Shown here: positions 7,670 to 8,168 of the stretch, piece by piece
Position numbering within the stretch: position 1 is the first letter of the stretch
Layout of the letters: the number at the start of each line of letters is the position of its first letter
Assembly: GCA_051294375.1 (NCBI GenBank)
Contig: JBJCIZ010000051.1
Coordinates: 1-8,168, forward strand
Direction: 5' to 3'
DNA: 8,168 nucleotides
Source of the DNA: Paraspadella gotoi
Lineage: Eukaryota; Animalia; Chaetognatha
Program-made: the position numbers and the translations under genes
The notes under the pieces: generated by a model
What the model saw: the letters and a program-made list of their open reading frames with translations, nothing else
Database searches by the model: none
What the model was told of the DNA's origin: nothing

Positions 7670-7693
7670 TTATTATTATTATTATTATTATTA
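7670..7693. repeat. (TTA)8 microsatellite
   Basis: Eight perfect TTA units. Confidence 0.92.
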
Positions 7694-8168
7694 AATTATA
7701 ATTTAGTGAATGATTTTGCTTAAATCCTTCGGTTTGTATATTAAAAGTTTTTAAATTATAATTAAATTATTATCCATTCACTTATTTAAGTTTTATCAGT
7801 AGTTATAATTTCCTCATTCTCTTATATCCATTTTTTTTCGTGTTCAGCTCCGTAATTTTCCGTTTTCTATTTGGCCCGGAACGAGGATTTCAGGTTTACC
7901 GTTGATTCCGACGGACTAATGATTAGTACTACGTAGTTCAAATCTTATGTAGCCCACTTTTTCGCTCGTTAAGCAACGAAAGTTGATCCCCCGGAACGCG
8001 GCTTTTTTGGTTCGTTTTTTGGCGATTACTTTTGAACGCGTGGACCGATTTTAATGAAATTTTAAACTAAGAAACTTGAGTGAATTTGCTATCGATCGAT
8101 ACCAAATTTATCGAAAATGAGGCACGGGAAATAAAAGATAGTGGTCTTGCTACTTCTTTTTATTTTTA

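Noticed and set aside
8090-8101. TATCGATCGATA palindrome resembling a DRE/BEAF site
   Set aside because: Not the exact TATCGATA, lies in repeat-like sequence, and has no identifiable start site nearby.

Overview
AT-rich eukaryotic genomic DNA, not prokaryotic. It has short GT-AG introns, microsatellites, a 25-N scaffold gap and no obvious CpG depletion, so it is most like an insect or other invertebrate (inference). None of the supplied ORFs resembles a protein family I recognise. The best-supported unusual element is a 255-bp foldback (6028-6282). Each of its arms carries a minimal type-I hammerhead ribozyme motif of the Penelope-like-element kind, pointing outwards on opposite strands, and helix II differs between the copies in a pairing-preserving way. 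A TTAGGG-rich tract starts about 50 bp downstream. Also present: a candidate minus-strand spliced micro-gene with two duplicated ATG/donor exons and an Asp8 last exon (4973-5397), a 95-bp hairpin flanked by two outward-facing TGTGGC-starting segments, a hairpin-rich region beside the gap, and several degenerate repeats. All alignments and folds were done by eye.
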